Shown here: positions 35,902-48,399 of the stretch, one piece after another
Layout: every line of letters starts with the position of its first letter
How positions within the stretch are numbered: position 1 is the first letter of the stretch
From: Pristiophorus japonicus
Lineage: Eukaryota
Length of the DNA: 64,000 nt
Direction of reading: 5' to 3'
Assembly (NCBI RefSeq): GCF_044704955.1
Contig: NC_091986.1
Span: 181,598,001 to 181,662,000, forward strand
Program-made: the position numbers and the translations under genes
The notes under the pieces: model-generated
Database searches by the model: none
What the model was told of the DNA's origin: nothing
The model's input: the letters and a program-made list of their open reading frames with translations, nothing else

Positions 35902-38900
35902 TTCTTTATTCATTCACAGGATGTGGGCATCGCTAGCAGAGCCAGCATTTATTGTCCATCCCTAATTGTTCTTGAGAAGGTGCTGGTGAGCCGCTTTCTT
36001 GATGGACTGCAGTCCATGCAGTGAAGGTACTCCCACAGGAGATGAAGGTTCAGCGATATATTTCCAAATCAAGATGGTGTGAGCTTGGAGAACTTGAAGG
36101 TGGAAATGTTCCCATTCGCCTGCTGCCCTTGTCCTTCGAGGTGGTAGAGGTTGTGGGTTTGGGAGGTGCTTCCGAAAAAGCCTTGGCGAGTTGCTGCAGT
36201 GCATTTTGTCGATGGAATACACCGCAGCCACGGTGCGCCGGTGGTGGAACATAAGAACATAAGAATTAGGAACAGGAGTAGGCCATCTAGCCCCTCGAGT
36301 CTGCCCCGCCATTCAATAAGATCATGGCTGATCTGGTCGTGGACTCAGCTCCACTTACCCGCCCTCTCCCCGTAACCCTTAATTCCCTTATTGGTTAAAA
36401 ATCTATCTATCTTTGACTTGAAAACATTCAATGAGCTAGCCTCAACTGCTTCCTTGGGCAGAGAATTCCACAGATCACAACCCTCTGGGAGAATACATTT
36501 TTTCTCAACTCGGTTTTAAATTGGCTCCTCTGTATTTTGAGCCTGTGCCCCCTAGTTCTAGTCTCCCCCACCAATGGAAACAACCTCTCTGCCTCTATCT
36601 TGTCTATCCCTTTCATGATTTTAAATGTTTCTATAAGATCACCCCTCATCCTTCTGAACTCTAGTCTACTCAATCTATCATCATAAGGTAACCCCCTCAT
36701 TTCTGGAATCAGCCTAGTGAATTATCTCTGTACTCCTTCCAAAGCTAGTATATCCTTCCTTAAGTAAGGTGACCCAAACTGCACGCAGTACTCCAGGTGC
36801 GGCCTTACCAATACCTTATACAGTTGCAGCAAGACCTCCCTGCTTTTGTGCTCCATCCCTTTCGCAATGAAGGCCAATATTCCATTTGCCTTCCTGATTA
36901 CCTGCTGCACCTGCAAACTAACCTTTTGGGATTCATGCACAAGGACCCCCAGGTCCCTTTGCACCACAGCATGTTGTAATTTCTCCCCATTCAAATAATA
37001 TTCCCTTTTACTGTTTTTTTTCCCAAGGTGGATGACCTCACACTTTCCGACATTGTATTCCATCTGCCAAACCTTAGCCCATTCGCTTAACCTATCCAAA
37101 TCTCCTTGCAGTCTCTCTGAGTCCTCTACACAATCCGCTTTCCCACTAATCTTAGTGTCATCTGCAAATTTTGTTGCACTACACTCTGTCCCCTCTTCTA
37201 GGTCATCTATGTATATTGTAAACAGTTGTGGTCCCAGCACTGATCCCTGTGGCACACCACTAACCACTGATTTCCAACCGGAAAAGGACCCATTTATCCC
37301 GACTCTCTGCTTTCTGTTCACCAGCCAATTCTCTATCCATGCTAATACATTTCCTCTGACTCCGCGTACCTTTATCTTCTGTAGTAACCTTTTGTGTGGC
37401 ACCTTATCGAATGCCTTTTGGAAATCTAAATACACCACATCCATCGGTACACCTCTATCCACCATGCTCATTATATCCTCAAAGAATTCCAGTAAGTTAG
37501 TTCAACATGATTTCCCTTTCATGAATCCATGCTGCGTCTGCTTGATTGCACTATTCCTATCCAGATGTCCCGCTATTTCTTCCTTAATGATAGTTTCAAG
37601 CATTTTCCCCACTACAGATGTTAAACTAACCGGCCTATAGTTACCTGCCTTTTGCCTGCCCCCTTTTTTAAACAGAGGCGTTACATTAGCTGTTCTCCAA
37701 TCCGTTGGTACCTCCCCAGAGTCCAGAGAATTTTGGTAGATTATAACGAATGCATCTGCTATAACTTCAGCCATCTCTTTTAATACCCTGGGATGTATTT
37801 CATCAGGACCAGGGGACTTATCTACCTTCAGTCCCATTAGCCTGTCCAGCACTACTCCCCTAGTGATAGTGATTGTCTCAAGGTCCTCTCTTCCCACATT
37901 CCTGTGGCCTGCAAATTTTGGCATTGTTTTTGTGTCTTCCACAGTGAAGACGGAAGCAAAATAATTGTTTAAGGTCTCAGCCATTTCCACATTTCCCATT
38001 ATTAAATCTCCCTTCTCATCTTCTAAGGGACCAACATTTACTTTAGTCACTCTCTTCCGTTTTATGTATCGGTAAAAGCTTTTACTATCTGTTTTTATGT
38101 TTTGCGCAAGTTTACTTTCGTAATCTATCTTTCCTTTCTTTATTGCTTTCTTAGTCATTCTTTGCTGTCGTTTAAAATTTTCCCAATCTTCTAGTTTCCC
38201 ACTAACCTTGGCCACCTTATACGCATTGGTTTTTAATTTGATACTCTCCTTTATTTCCTTGGTTATCCACGGCTGGTTATCACTTCTCTTTCACTGGAAT
38301 ATTTTTTTTTTGCGCACTATGAAAGAGCTCCTTAAAAGTCCTCCACTGTTCCTCAATTGTGCCACCGTTTAGTCCTTGTTTCCAGTCTACTTTAGCCAAC
38401 TCTGCCCTCATCCCACTGTAGTCCCCTTTGTTTAAGCATAGTACCCTCATTTCTGATACAACTTCCTCATCCTCAATCTGTATTACAAATTCAACCATAT
38501 TGTGATCACTCATTCCGAGAGAATCTTTTATGAGGAGATCGTTTATTTTTCCTGTCTCGTTACACAGGACCAGATCCAAGATGCTTGCTCCCTTGTAGGT
38601 TCTGTTACATACTGTTCTAAGAAACAGTCCCGTATGCATTCTATGAATTCCTCATCCAGGCTACCCCCTGCGATTTGATTTGACCAATCGATATGTAGGT
38701 TGGTCAAATCAACGGCCTACACCAGTTGTTTATGAAGCCTCCCCGCCCACTTACCGATTGATGACTCCCCTGCGTCCCGCTGATTCTCACCCGGTACAGA
38801 GTCCGGCTCCAGCCTGAGCTCGTCTCTGGAGGGAGTGAATGTTTAAGGCGGTGGACGGGGTGCCAATCAAGCGAGCTGCTTTGTCCTGGATGGTGTCGAG

Positions 38901-39080
38901 TTTCTTGAGTGTTGGAGCTGCACTCATCCAGGCAAGTGGAGAGTATTCTATCACACTCCTGACTTGTGCCTTGTAGATGGTGGAAAGGCTTTCGAGAGTC
39001 AAGAGGTGAGATACTCGCCGCAGAATGTCGAGGCTCTGACCTGCTCTTGTCGCCACAGTATTTATGTGGCTGCTCCAGTT
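35902..39080 (-). mobile_element. CR1/L2-group LINE (second lineage) in two parts, 35902-36248 and about 38827-39080
   Basis: LSTIYKAQVRSVIEYSPLAW...LNIHSL|HHRRTVAAV...RKHLPNP joins across the insertion. Its 3' tail matches the SINE family B tail. Confidence 0.8.
36249..38700 (-). mobile_element. young CR1 LINE (same subfamily as 8072-10567)
   Basis: ORFs 37502..38215 and 36722..37471 are nearly identical to the 8.5-10.3 kb copy; acataagaacataag tail. Confidence 0.95.
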
Positions 39081-39804
39081 AAATGATCAGCTCATTAGGA
39101 CTGGCCTGGAGAAATCCTGCGTGGTCAGCCTGATGGAATGTCAACAAGTGCCAACCTTGCTTCACTTTCATACAACAGCTTCAGTGGTGTGACTAGCAAA
39201 TTGGTTCCCAGAATATTTTATCTATGCTTTTAAGGCCCAAATGCAATCAATAATTTCATGTGTAAGCACCACTGATGAACAGGGACAAGTACTGAGCTAA
39301 ATCCATCCACATTACTTCATTCTTATTTGGCTCGGATTAACATAAGCTTTTTTGCACTCAATTTATTTGTACTTTTGCTTATCTTATTCTGCTGATTAAT
39401 TTTGTTTGTAGAAATTACAAAGTAAAATAATAAAGCGAATGCTATCGGAAATGTTTGATTCATCCATGGAACATGAGCGGCAAAAGTCATATTCCACTGC
39501 AAATAAACAACACGTGTGTTATAAACGGTGTAGATTAATTCATGCAACTTGAGAATACTGGCACGACCGAGCTTCTGAAAGAATAATGTTATCTAAATAT
39601 CACATTCCATCCAAGTCAAGAAATTTCTCAACATCAACAATAGAGTTTTTGTGCGTACCAGGATGTCTTTGATGATGTAATGCATTTGAGACGTTTTTAA
39701 AGTACCCAATAATTGTAAATTATGTAGAACATTTTTATCAAAAAACAAATAATAATCTGAGCCAGCTCAACAAAAATAAAATATGCGGCCCAGATCTATC
39801 GAAT

Positions 39805-40383
39805 CGAGGCCACACCTGGAGTATTGTGCACAGTTTTGGTCTCCTAACCTGAGGAAGGACATTCTTGCTATTGAGGGAGTGCAGCGAAGGTTCACCAGAC
39901 TGATTCCCGGGATGGCAGGACTCACCTATCAAGAAAGACTGGATCAACTGGGCTTGTATTCACTAGGGTTCAGAAGAATGAGAGGGGACCTCATAGAAAC
40001 GTTTAAAATTCTGATGGGTTTAGACAGTTAGATGCAGGAAGAATGTTCCCAATGTTGGGGAAGTCCAAAACCAGGGGTCACAGTCTAAGGATAAGGGGTA
40101 AGCCATTTAGGACCAAGATGAGGAGAAACTTCTTCACTCAGAGAGTGGTTAACCTGTGGAATTCTCTACCACAGAAAGTTGTTGAGGCCAATTCACTAAA
40201 TATATTCAAAAAGGAGATAGATGAAGTCCTTACTACTAGGGGGATCAAGAGGTATGGCAAGAAAGCAGGAATGGGGTACTGAAGTTGCATGTTCAGCCAT
40301 GAACTCATTGAATGGCGGTGCAGGCTAGAAGGGCTGAATGGCCTACTCCTGCACCTATTTTCTATGTTTCTATGTTTCTATGA
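39805..40383 (+). mobile_element. young CR1 3' fragment
   Basis: RPHLEYCAQFWSP...WNSLPQK and a (tttctatg)n tail. Confidence 0.95.
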
Positions 40384-40926
40384 ATAGCATTTAAAACATT
40401 GGTTCATCCCTTGGTGTGTACTGATGAATGAAATTGTTTTTAGTATCTGCCTCCTTCACTGCACAGCAGCTCTTCCTCTCCCCACATCTAGGAACCAGTT
40501 TGCACTGGTTATTTACTCAGCCTAATAGAGTCTGTGGCCTTTGAACTTTAAGAACAACACATCATTACAGGTGAGAATCTTATTGCCGTGCTCAATTTCT
40601 GGAATAGCTTGCTGCATAAAACTGCAATTATCTCCACTCTGCTGATTTCTGCAATTTCCTGCCCTGCCCCCACCTCTCTTTGGTGCACTTCTAGCGATAG
40701 GCCCAATATAAGCCAGGAGCTTGCTGTGCATAGCTCATTAGTGCCAGCCTTGGGAAATCCCAGCTGAGCCGCCTGGTTGGGATGCTGATGACAGTTAAGC
40801 TTGCTTCGATCCAGCTGTTTCAGTGGTGTGACTGGAAATTCATATTTCCGTATTCTCCCCCAACGGTCTTAGCAACATGCAGTTTAACGTAAATCTAAAC
40901 CTACAGTGCTATTATTGCACACACTT

Positions 40927-41470
40927 GAGGCCGATTTAAGAAGTTCTGCCTAGTGTAAACAGGGTGGTAGTGGTCTAAAATGGCATCGGGTCACTTACCA
41001 CCCTGTTGAAGCTAGTGTCCCACTGCCGCCATCTTGATTAGGATCTTGAGTTGGGCAACCACCTGTTTCAAGCAGTGGGCTGCTTGCAATATGCAAATCA
41101 AGTCCCTCTGATGTACATAGGACCCCAGCTGTCACTTTGAAGTATAAATAGATGGAGCGTGCGCCTCGCCAGCTGTGCCCATTTGTCGCGCCATTGAGTG
41201 ACCTAACCCACGGTTCTTAAAGGGACTGCTGGAGGCGGCTCATTAAAAGGGACTTCGTTGTTTTTTATTTCTTATGAGCCCGCAAAAAAAACTCTGCCCT
41301 CTTGCCGGCCTGTGCTGGACTTTCCACAGGAATCGCCTGCCCCCATCCAAGCTCTGACTGTTAGTCGCCTCCCCATAGAAGCAGGCCAATTTTCTGCCCT
41401 CCACAACCAGTGAGCTGCTTCGGATCCCTGGTTTGCCGCCAGCTCTCCAGTTGTATGTAAATGAGACCTG
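40927..41470. mobile_element. Harbinger-type TIR element fragment, family E
   Basis: Starts ggccgatttaa, similar to the start at 54140 (ggccagatttaa). Cut by the RTE insertion. Confidence 0.4.
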
Positions 41471-41471
41471 G

Positions 41472-42275
41472 GATCCACGGCGTGGCCCTGGACAACGTGA
41501 ACCACTATCCATACCTCGGGAGCCTATTATCAGCAAGGGCAGACATCGATGACGAGGTTCAACGCCATCTCCAGTGCACCAGTGCAGCTCTTGGCAGCAT
41601 GAGGAAGAAAGTGTTCGAAGATCAGACCCTTAAATCTGCCACCAAGCTCATGGCCTACAGGGCTGTAGTGATACCCACCCTCCTGTATGGCTCAGAGACG
41701 TGGACTATATACAGTAGACACCTCAAATCACTGGAGAAATGCCACCAACAATGTCTCTGCAAGATCCTGCAAGTCCCCTGGGAGGACAGATGCACCAACG
41801 TTAGCGTCTTCGATCAGGCCAACATCCCCAGCATTGAAGCACTGACCACACTTGATCAGCTCCGCTGGGCATGCCAGACACGAGACTCCCAAAGCAACTC
41901 AGAACTCCTTCATGGCAAACAAGCCAAAGGTGGGCAGCGGAAACGTTACAAGTACACCCTCAAACTCTCCCTGATAAAGTGCAACATCCCCACTGACACC
42001 TGGGAGTCCCTGGCCAAAGACTGCCCTAAGTGGAGGAAGTGCATCCAGGAGGGCGCTGAGGACCTCGAGTCTCGTCGCCGAGAGCGTGCAGAAATCAAGC
42101 GCAGGCAGCGGAAAGAGCATGCGGCAAACCAGTCCCACCCACCCCTTCCCTCAACGACTATCTGTCACCTGTGACAGAGACTGTGGCTCTCGTATTGGAC
42201 TGTACAACCACCTAATAACTCATGATAAGAGTAGAATCAAGTCTTCCTCGATTCCGAGGGACTGCCTATGATGAC
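41472..42275 (+). mobile_element. RTE-clade LINE, 3' part
   Basis: YPYLGSLLS...YRAVVIPTLLYGSETWT...QLRW...GGQRKRYK, a C2H2-like end, and the tail ...gagggactgcctatgatga. Confidence 0.92.
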
Positions 42276-42726
42276 TAGACTTTATTTTGCAAGAGGGAAT
42301 GATCTTTTGAGTGAGTTTCTGAAATAGAAAGGGAAGGCCGATAAGTAAGGTCCAAATATATCAATCGGCTCTTCTGGCGCACTCCCGCTGTAACCCCAGC
42401 AGGAGTGTGGCGAAATGGCTGAATATCAGGCCAAGACCTGCCATATCTGGGTGCCGGCTTTGTAAGGGGCAGAGCCTCTGATTGCCTCAAGCAAGACGTG
42501 GAACATAGGAGGGGAGCAGCTGGGGTCAAGGGTCAAGGACTCACAGATCAGGAGCGCCTATGTCTCTGACCTGGCAGTATATCGAGCATACCTGCCTGAG
42601 AATAGGTGATAATGAGGCCCTCCTGGGAGTCCACACCTGGATCATGGTCTGGATACCCCAATGGTTCAATCCTCACTGGGATGAACCGGGTTGCACCAGA
42701 GTACCCCAGGCCATATTAATAGTCCA

Positions 42727-42807
42727 GGGCAGAAATTCCCAGCAATCTTGGGGCTGGACACAGCAGCAAACTTGGGAGGTCGGGGGGGAGGCCTGGAAAA
42801 TCTGCCC
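42727..42807. mobile_element. mini TIR element
   Basis: gggcagaaattcc ... ggaaaatctgccc. Confidence 0.55.
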
Positions 42808-43598
42808 ACGTGTGGTAATGGTTCAGGAAACAAGTAACAGCTGAGATGTTTTTACTGCTCCAGTGCTTGGCTGGAACACCAGGTAGACTGAATGCACTTG
42901 AGATGCCCTCTGCCTGTAATGACCCAAATCCATGTATATTTGCAGGTTCCGTTCACCATTATGCTCCCCCATGTGCTCCCGATGGTGGGCTAGCCTCTGG
43001 CAGGGCCTTGCACCTAGAAAAGGAGGTAGAAATGCAACTGTTACAGCAGGCCTAACGTGGTTCAACAGCAGGGCTGGCTGTTGGCTTTGGGGCTTTTTGG
43101 CTGCTGTCCAGAAACTGCTGCCAAAAACTCTTCAGGCCTAAACATCCCTGGAAAGGTTGTGTATTAAGATATCTCAGGACTTATCAGCATCCACACATAG
43201 CCCATGAATTTGAACTGTATGCAGTAGCTGTTTATACCCCTAATTATTGTATTCATGGGATGTAAGAATTCAGTGCCATGTCTAAATTGCCAATACTTGT
43301 GGCAAGCATCATTAGTGCTTGTACCCTTGCACGCATCTACAAAGCGCTATCCACCAAAATGAAATTGATGCCTTAGTATGTGCGGTATGATCTTTCTGCT
43401 GAATCAGAATCAAGTATATTCAGATGGAATGCTAGACTCCATTAGATACATCTGAATGCAGGATGTCCATTCCTTGCTGTGCTATCCATGCACTGCCACA
43501 TATCATTTACTGAACTTAATTTTATATTTCTCAAAATTTAATTGTATCCCACACACTGTGCACCACCGTGCTATGACTGCAAACTTGGAATATATGTG

Positions 43599-43873
43599 TG
43601 TAATGTATTTGCTTCATGGGTTCTTTGCTGAAGAATTCATAGCAACACATTGCTATTAAGAACTGGTTGGTTTATTAGTAAAAGATTTAACAATCACACT
43701 GCACATTACCAGTTCATCCACCAGGCTCACAACCACCTGCCTCAGTGTGGATCCCCTGAATCCAACTGGCTGGGGTTTCATTGAGTCTTCTGAACGTTAC
43801 GTGATTGGCTAAACCACTCCCAACTCAATAGTTCGACCAATCTGTGAGCATGCTCACAGGTGCGTACATTACA
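43599..43873 (-). mobile_element. solo LTR (family 1)
   Basis: TGTAATGT...ACATTACA, reverse homologue of 4591-4828, flanks atgtg/aagtg (near-TSD). Confidence 0.85.
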
Positions 43874-43881
43874 AAGTGGAA

Positions 43882-43979
43882 ACTCTTTTAGAGTCTACCT
43901 GCAAAACATAAACATTAAACTGTGCCACCTGACCTGGGTGACACACCAGACATTTACAAGGCCCTTTTTTCCTTTTTTT

Positions 43980-44027
<48 letters not shown>

Positions 44028-44296
44028 GGCACTAAAATCACAATTTCTCCGGTGCCCCCTATAAAAGGGAAGGGGACACTAAAAGCACCGGCAATTAAAA
44101 CAAATTAAACTTTAAAATGTAAAATCAAATTAAAATTTGGTTGCCGGGCGTGATGATGCACTCCAGTCCCTCCGGTGCCCACCTCTCGCGGAAGGCCGCG
44201 AGCGTACCGGTGGACACCGCGTGCTCCATCTCCAAGGACACCCTGGACCGGATGTAAGAGCGGAAGAGAGGCAGGCAGTCAGGTTGAACGACCCCC
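43882..44296 (-). mobile_element. Tx1/L1-like LINE 3' end
   Basis: ORF2 end DCLPLFRSYIRSRVSLEMEHAVSTGTLAAFRERWAP, stop at 44125, internal poly(A) at about 43972-44026, 13-bp TSD ttacaaagtggaa (43869-43881 and 44297-44309). Confidence 0.85.
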
Positions 44297-44504
44297 TTAC
44301 AAAGTGGAAATGATCCTGGGTGTGTGCCCAGGTGCACTGGATCATCGCTACACAGCAGATATCAAGAAACTGGGCAGATCAAAGTGCATGGCTGTAAAGG
44401 AACCCACCCAATTTTTCCTTTAATTTAAAGGGAAGGAAAATCAAGCAGTTTTCCAATATTCCCTGCACCCAGGTAATCCAGGGAAATCTCTCCTGTAATC
44501 TGTA

Positions 44505-44955
44505 AGAAAGTACTTGCTTGTCATAACCTCAGGGCATCTCAAAGCACTTCACAGCCAATTAAGAACTTTTGAAGTGTAGTCACTGCTGCAATGTAGGAAA
44601 TATGGTAGCCAATTTGCGCACAGCAAGATCCAACAAATAGAAATGTGTTAATGCCTAGATAGTCTGTTTTTAGTGCTGTTGGTTGAGGGATAAATATTGA
44701 CCAGGACAATGGGGAGAGCTCCCCTGTTCTTTTGTAAAATAGCACCATGAGCTCTTGTGTGTCCACCTGGGAGATCAGGCGGGGCCTCGGTTTAATATCT
44801 AAGCTGCAAGACGGCACCTCCAACAGCGTGGCACTCTCAGTACTGCACTGGCGTGTTACCTTAGATATTGTGCTCTCAAGTCTCTGGAGTAGGACTTGAA
44901 CCCATAAACTTCACTCAGTGACGAGAATGCTACCACTGAGCCATGGCTGGCACCT
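44505..44955 (-). mobile_element. Deu-domain SINE
   Basis: Reverse homologue of 23815-24243, including the tRNA-like head. Confidence 0.82.
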
Positions 44956-45007
44956 ATTAGTACTGTGAAAAACAGAAAATAGGATATAATGCATGAGAAA
45001 TAATAGT

Positions 45008-45737
45008 GCCCTGAATTTGCAGTTGGTATGACGGTGTATCGTAGATTACGCCATCATATTGGCTTTGAAATTGACCACAAGTTTGGGATTTCCAGCGCAT
45101 GTTAAGTTCCGAATATTCAGATGATCCACTGTGACTTTCAAATCCTCATTGAAATGATGTGTTGCCAAAAAGGTGGGAAAAATTGCTCACCTACAGCGCA
45201 TCAATTACGCTAGAAAATGTTACGTCTAGTGCAAACAGGTACAGGAGCCTGTTCGCACAACGTAAGGTGAGGAGGGATGAGAAAACTGTACAATAATTTA
45301 AAATGAACATGTAAAAGAACCTACCAGACAGCAGTAAACGCTCGATTTGAGGGATGAGATTGTTTTAATCTTTATTTTTAATCTTGCAGAGTCTTCCAGT
45401 AAATAACTATATTACTCCAAAGTATTCACTGTGCTTTTTAAAGCCAAATACTGTACTTGTCAAATAAATATAATTAGTATCGCGTCGTTTAATTTATAAG
45501 TTCTTTGATGTCGAGTTGAAATGTTTCCTGATCGGCTAGTGAAATGAGCCACGTGATCCCAGGTACACTTTCACACAGCGGTGCTCTCCTGGGATGTGTG
45601 GACCACTACGCTGTGCATAACTCCGTTGCATTTCAAAGCAACTTCTCGAAGGGGGTTTTGCAGCGGGTAAGTGCAGATTCCATTCGTGGTCAGCACCGTA
45701 CTCCTTAGCTACGCCACCGACCGCAACTTCAGGGACA
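45008..45737. mobile_element. Harbinger-type TIR element, family C
   Basis: gccctgaatttgcagttggt ... accgaccgcaacttcagggac. Confidence 0.65.
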
Positions 45738-46944
45738 ATGTAGATTGTCAGCTCTCCCTCCCCTTCTGGTAACGGTACACTGCCATAGGTCATATCTCAT
45801 TCTTAACTCTGTGCCTGCCCGCACACACATCCCAAAATGACACACAGCTGAGGCAATGGAAAGTGCCAGTCAGCCGCTAAAAGATGTGAAATGCACGCTG
45901 CAGCCAAGCATGTTATCTTCTCTGCAATCTAGGAGCAGCTGAACACAGACAATGTAGACACAACATAGAGCAACTTACAGCTACTCCCCACCCTCATTAT
46001 AAAGCTCTGAAATAGATTTGCCTCATTATAAGGCAACCTTGGCTCCCAACTTTTTCATGTTATGGGATGCTCACTATAATATGCGCCTTATTCAAAACAA
46101 TTCAAAATATTTGGTTCCCAATAGCCATGTTAAAATGAGGGTGGAGTGTATTACAATGTAAAATTAGTAGCTGGAGCAGTTGCTCATTTTCACCTTGTCT
46201 GTATCAGATATCTTAGTTGGCTTTTACGTTGCAATTATTAAATTACCAGTTTGAAGGACCAAATTAGCATGTGCTTTTTTTATTAACGTATTACAGAAGA
46301 CTTTAATGACATAGACCTGGGGTTTGTAACTTTGGCATTGGTTCCTGTGCACTTAGTGGTCGTCTGCCCAGCTATAATAAGTTAACCAACACTGTGTCAA
46401 GGTTTATTTTCAGACCTCATTACAGATGAACAGCTTGTTTCTGAACCAAAGTATTTCACCCCTGAAGCAGGATTGCTGAGATGAAAGGTGATTATAGATC
46501 AGAAATGTTCAGCCTATACTTTTTCAGATTGACAAACTGGTGCTCATTTTAACTTCTTTCCAGATAGGGGGAACAGGCGGGACAGTGGAGTTGAGGTAGC
46601 AGATCAGCCATGAACTTATTGAATGGTGGAGCAGATCACCTAAATCCCTTTGCTCCTCCACAGCCACCTACCAATTAAGAAAAGATTCCGGTTTGTCTTT
46701 CTTGGATCCAGAATAGATCATCACACACCTCCAAACATTGAACTCCATCTGCCACAGTTTTTCCCATTTCCTCATTAGCTTCTCCTTGCCCCTCTTTCAA
46801 ACTCACTCACTAACACAAACTTACATCTGCTCAACAACATTATGGCAGTCAATGTGTTGACATGGGGACTGTAACTGAACCATCTTACTTGGATACTATG
46901 GTAGTGCATGTTGCTTTTCTCTTCGTTATATGGCCTCCCAGGAT

Positions 46945-47572
46945 GACAACCTTTGTCTCAGCTTATCCGCTGCTGAAGCCCTCATCCATGACTTTGTTAC
47001 CTCTAGACTCAACTATTCCAACGCACTCCTGGCTGGCCTCCCACATTCTACCCTATGTAAACTAGAGGTGATCCAAAACTCGGCTGCCCATGTCCTAACT
47101 CGCATCAAGTCCTGCTCACCCATCACCCCTGTGCTCGCTATCCTACATTGACTTCCGGTTAAGCAATGCCTCAATTTCAAAATTCTCATCCTTGTTTTCA
47201 AATCCCTCCATGGCCTCGCCCCTCCCTATCTCTGTAATCTCCTCCAGCTCCAGAACACCCCGAGATGTCTGCACTCCTCTAATTCTGCCCGCTTGAGCAT
47301 CCCTGGTTATAATCGCTCAACCATTAGTGACCATGCCTTCTGTTGTCTAGGCCATAAGCTCTGGAACTCCCTGCCTAAACCTCTATGCCTCTCTACCTGT
47401 CTTTCTTCCTTCAAAACGGTCCTTAAAACATACCTCTTTGACCAAGCTCCCTGCGCTAATTTCTACTTATGCGGCTCGGTGTCAAATTTTTAACATAATA
47501 CTCCTGTGAAGCGTCTTGGGACATTTCATTACATTAAAGGCACTATATATATATACAAGTTGTTGTTGTTGT
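46945..47572 (+). mobile_element. L2-clade LINE 3' end
   Basis: AAEALIHDFVTSRLNYSNALLAGLP...QNSAAHVLTR...ITPVLA.LH, LWNSLP, and a tail ending in (tgt)n. Confidence 0.9.
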
Positions 47573-48029
47573 TGCCACCAGATCGGAGCATAAAGCAGGG
47601 TCATATAATGAGCATGTATCATGCACACCTGAGTGCGTAGGCAGCAACTAAGCTTCATCCATTTTGAAAGAATCAGATATAAAGGATCCGGGACGAGGAT
47701 TTAGTGAGGAACATTGCACACATAAGGAGAAGAAAGTGGAAGTGGCTGAGGAGGAGCAGTAATAAACTGAACAGAGGACCAGGCCATTCTTATGAATATA
47801 TGATATGGCATTGCTGCTAGAGTCCCTGATGTAAGCCGTCAATGGTGCCCTGCACTTTTGGAATGCCTGATATCTAGTAAACATGGTGTGCCCTCTTATG
47901 CCATTTTCTCTTTTCCATGGAGAATGTGATGAAAGTGTTTCCCATGGGAAATAAGGACCTAAACTGCAGGGCCCATAGAATTTTACCTTACAGTGATTGC
48001 CTCTCAATGGGAGCTCATAAATCAGCTGA

Positions 48030-48335
48030 ACATCAAAACATAAGAAATATGAGCAGGAGTAGGTCATTCGGCCCCTCCAGCCTGCTCCATCATTCAATAA
48101 GATCATGGCTGATCTTCGACCTAAACTCACTTTCCCGCCCTATCACTTGATTCCCTTATTTTCCAAAATCTAGCGATCTCAGTCTTGAATATAGTCATTG
48201 ACTGAGCATCCACAGTCCTTTGGGGTAGAGAATTCCAAAGATTCACAACCCTCTGAATGAAGAAACATCTCCTCATCTCAGTGCTAAATGGCCGACCTCT
48301 TGTCCTGAGACTATGACCACTAGTTCTAGATTCTT
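48030..48335 (-). mobile_element. CR1 3' fragment
   Basis: aacataagaaat tail and WNS motif on the minus strand. Confidence 0.85.
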
Positions 48336-48399
48336 AGGCCTAGCAATTTGGGTCATTTGCACCTCCCGTTAGCACCTGGAAAAGCCGTGTCGAGAATCT

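Noticed and set aside
37032-37640. 202-aa + strand ORF (and similar ones at 9245 and 32609)
   Set aside because: Antisense shadows of CR1 RT coding sequence.
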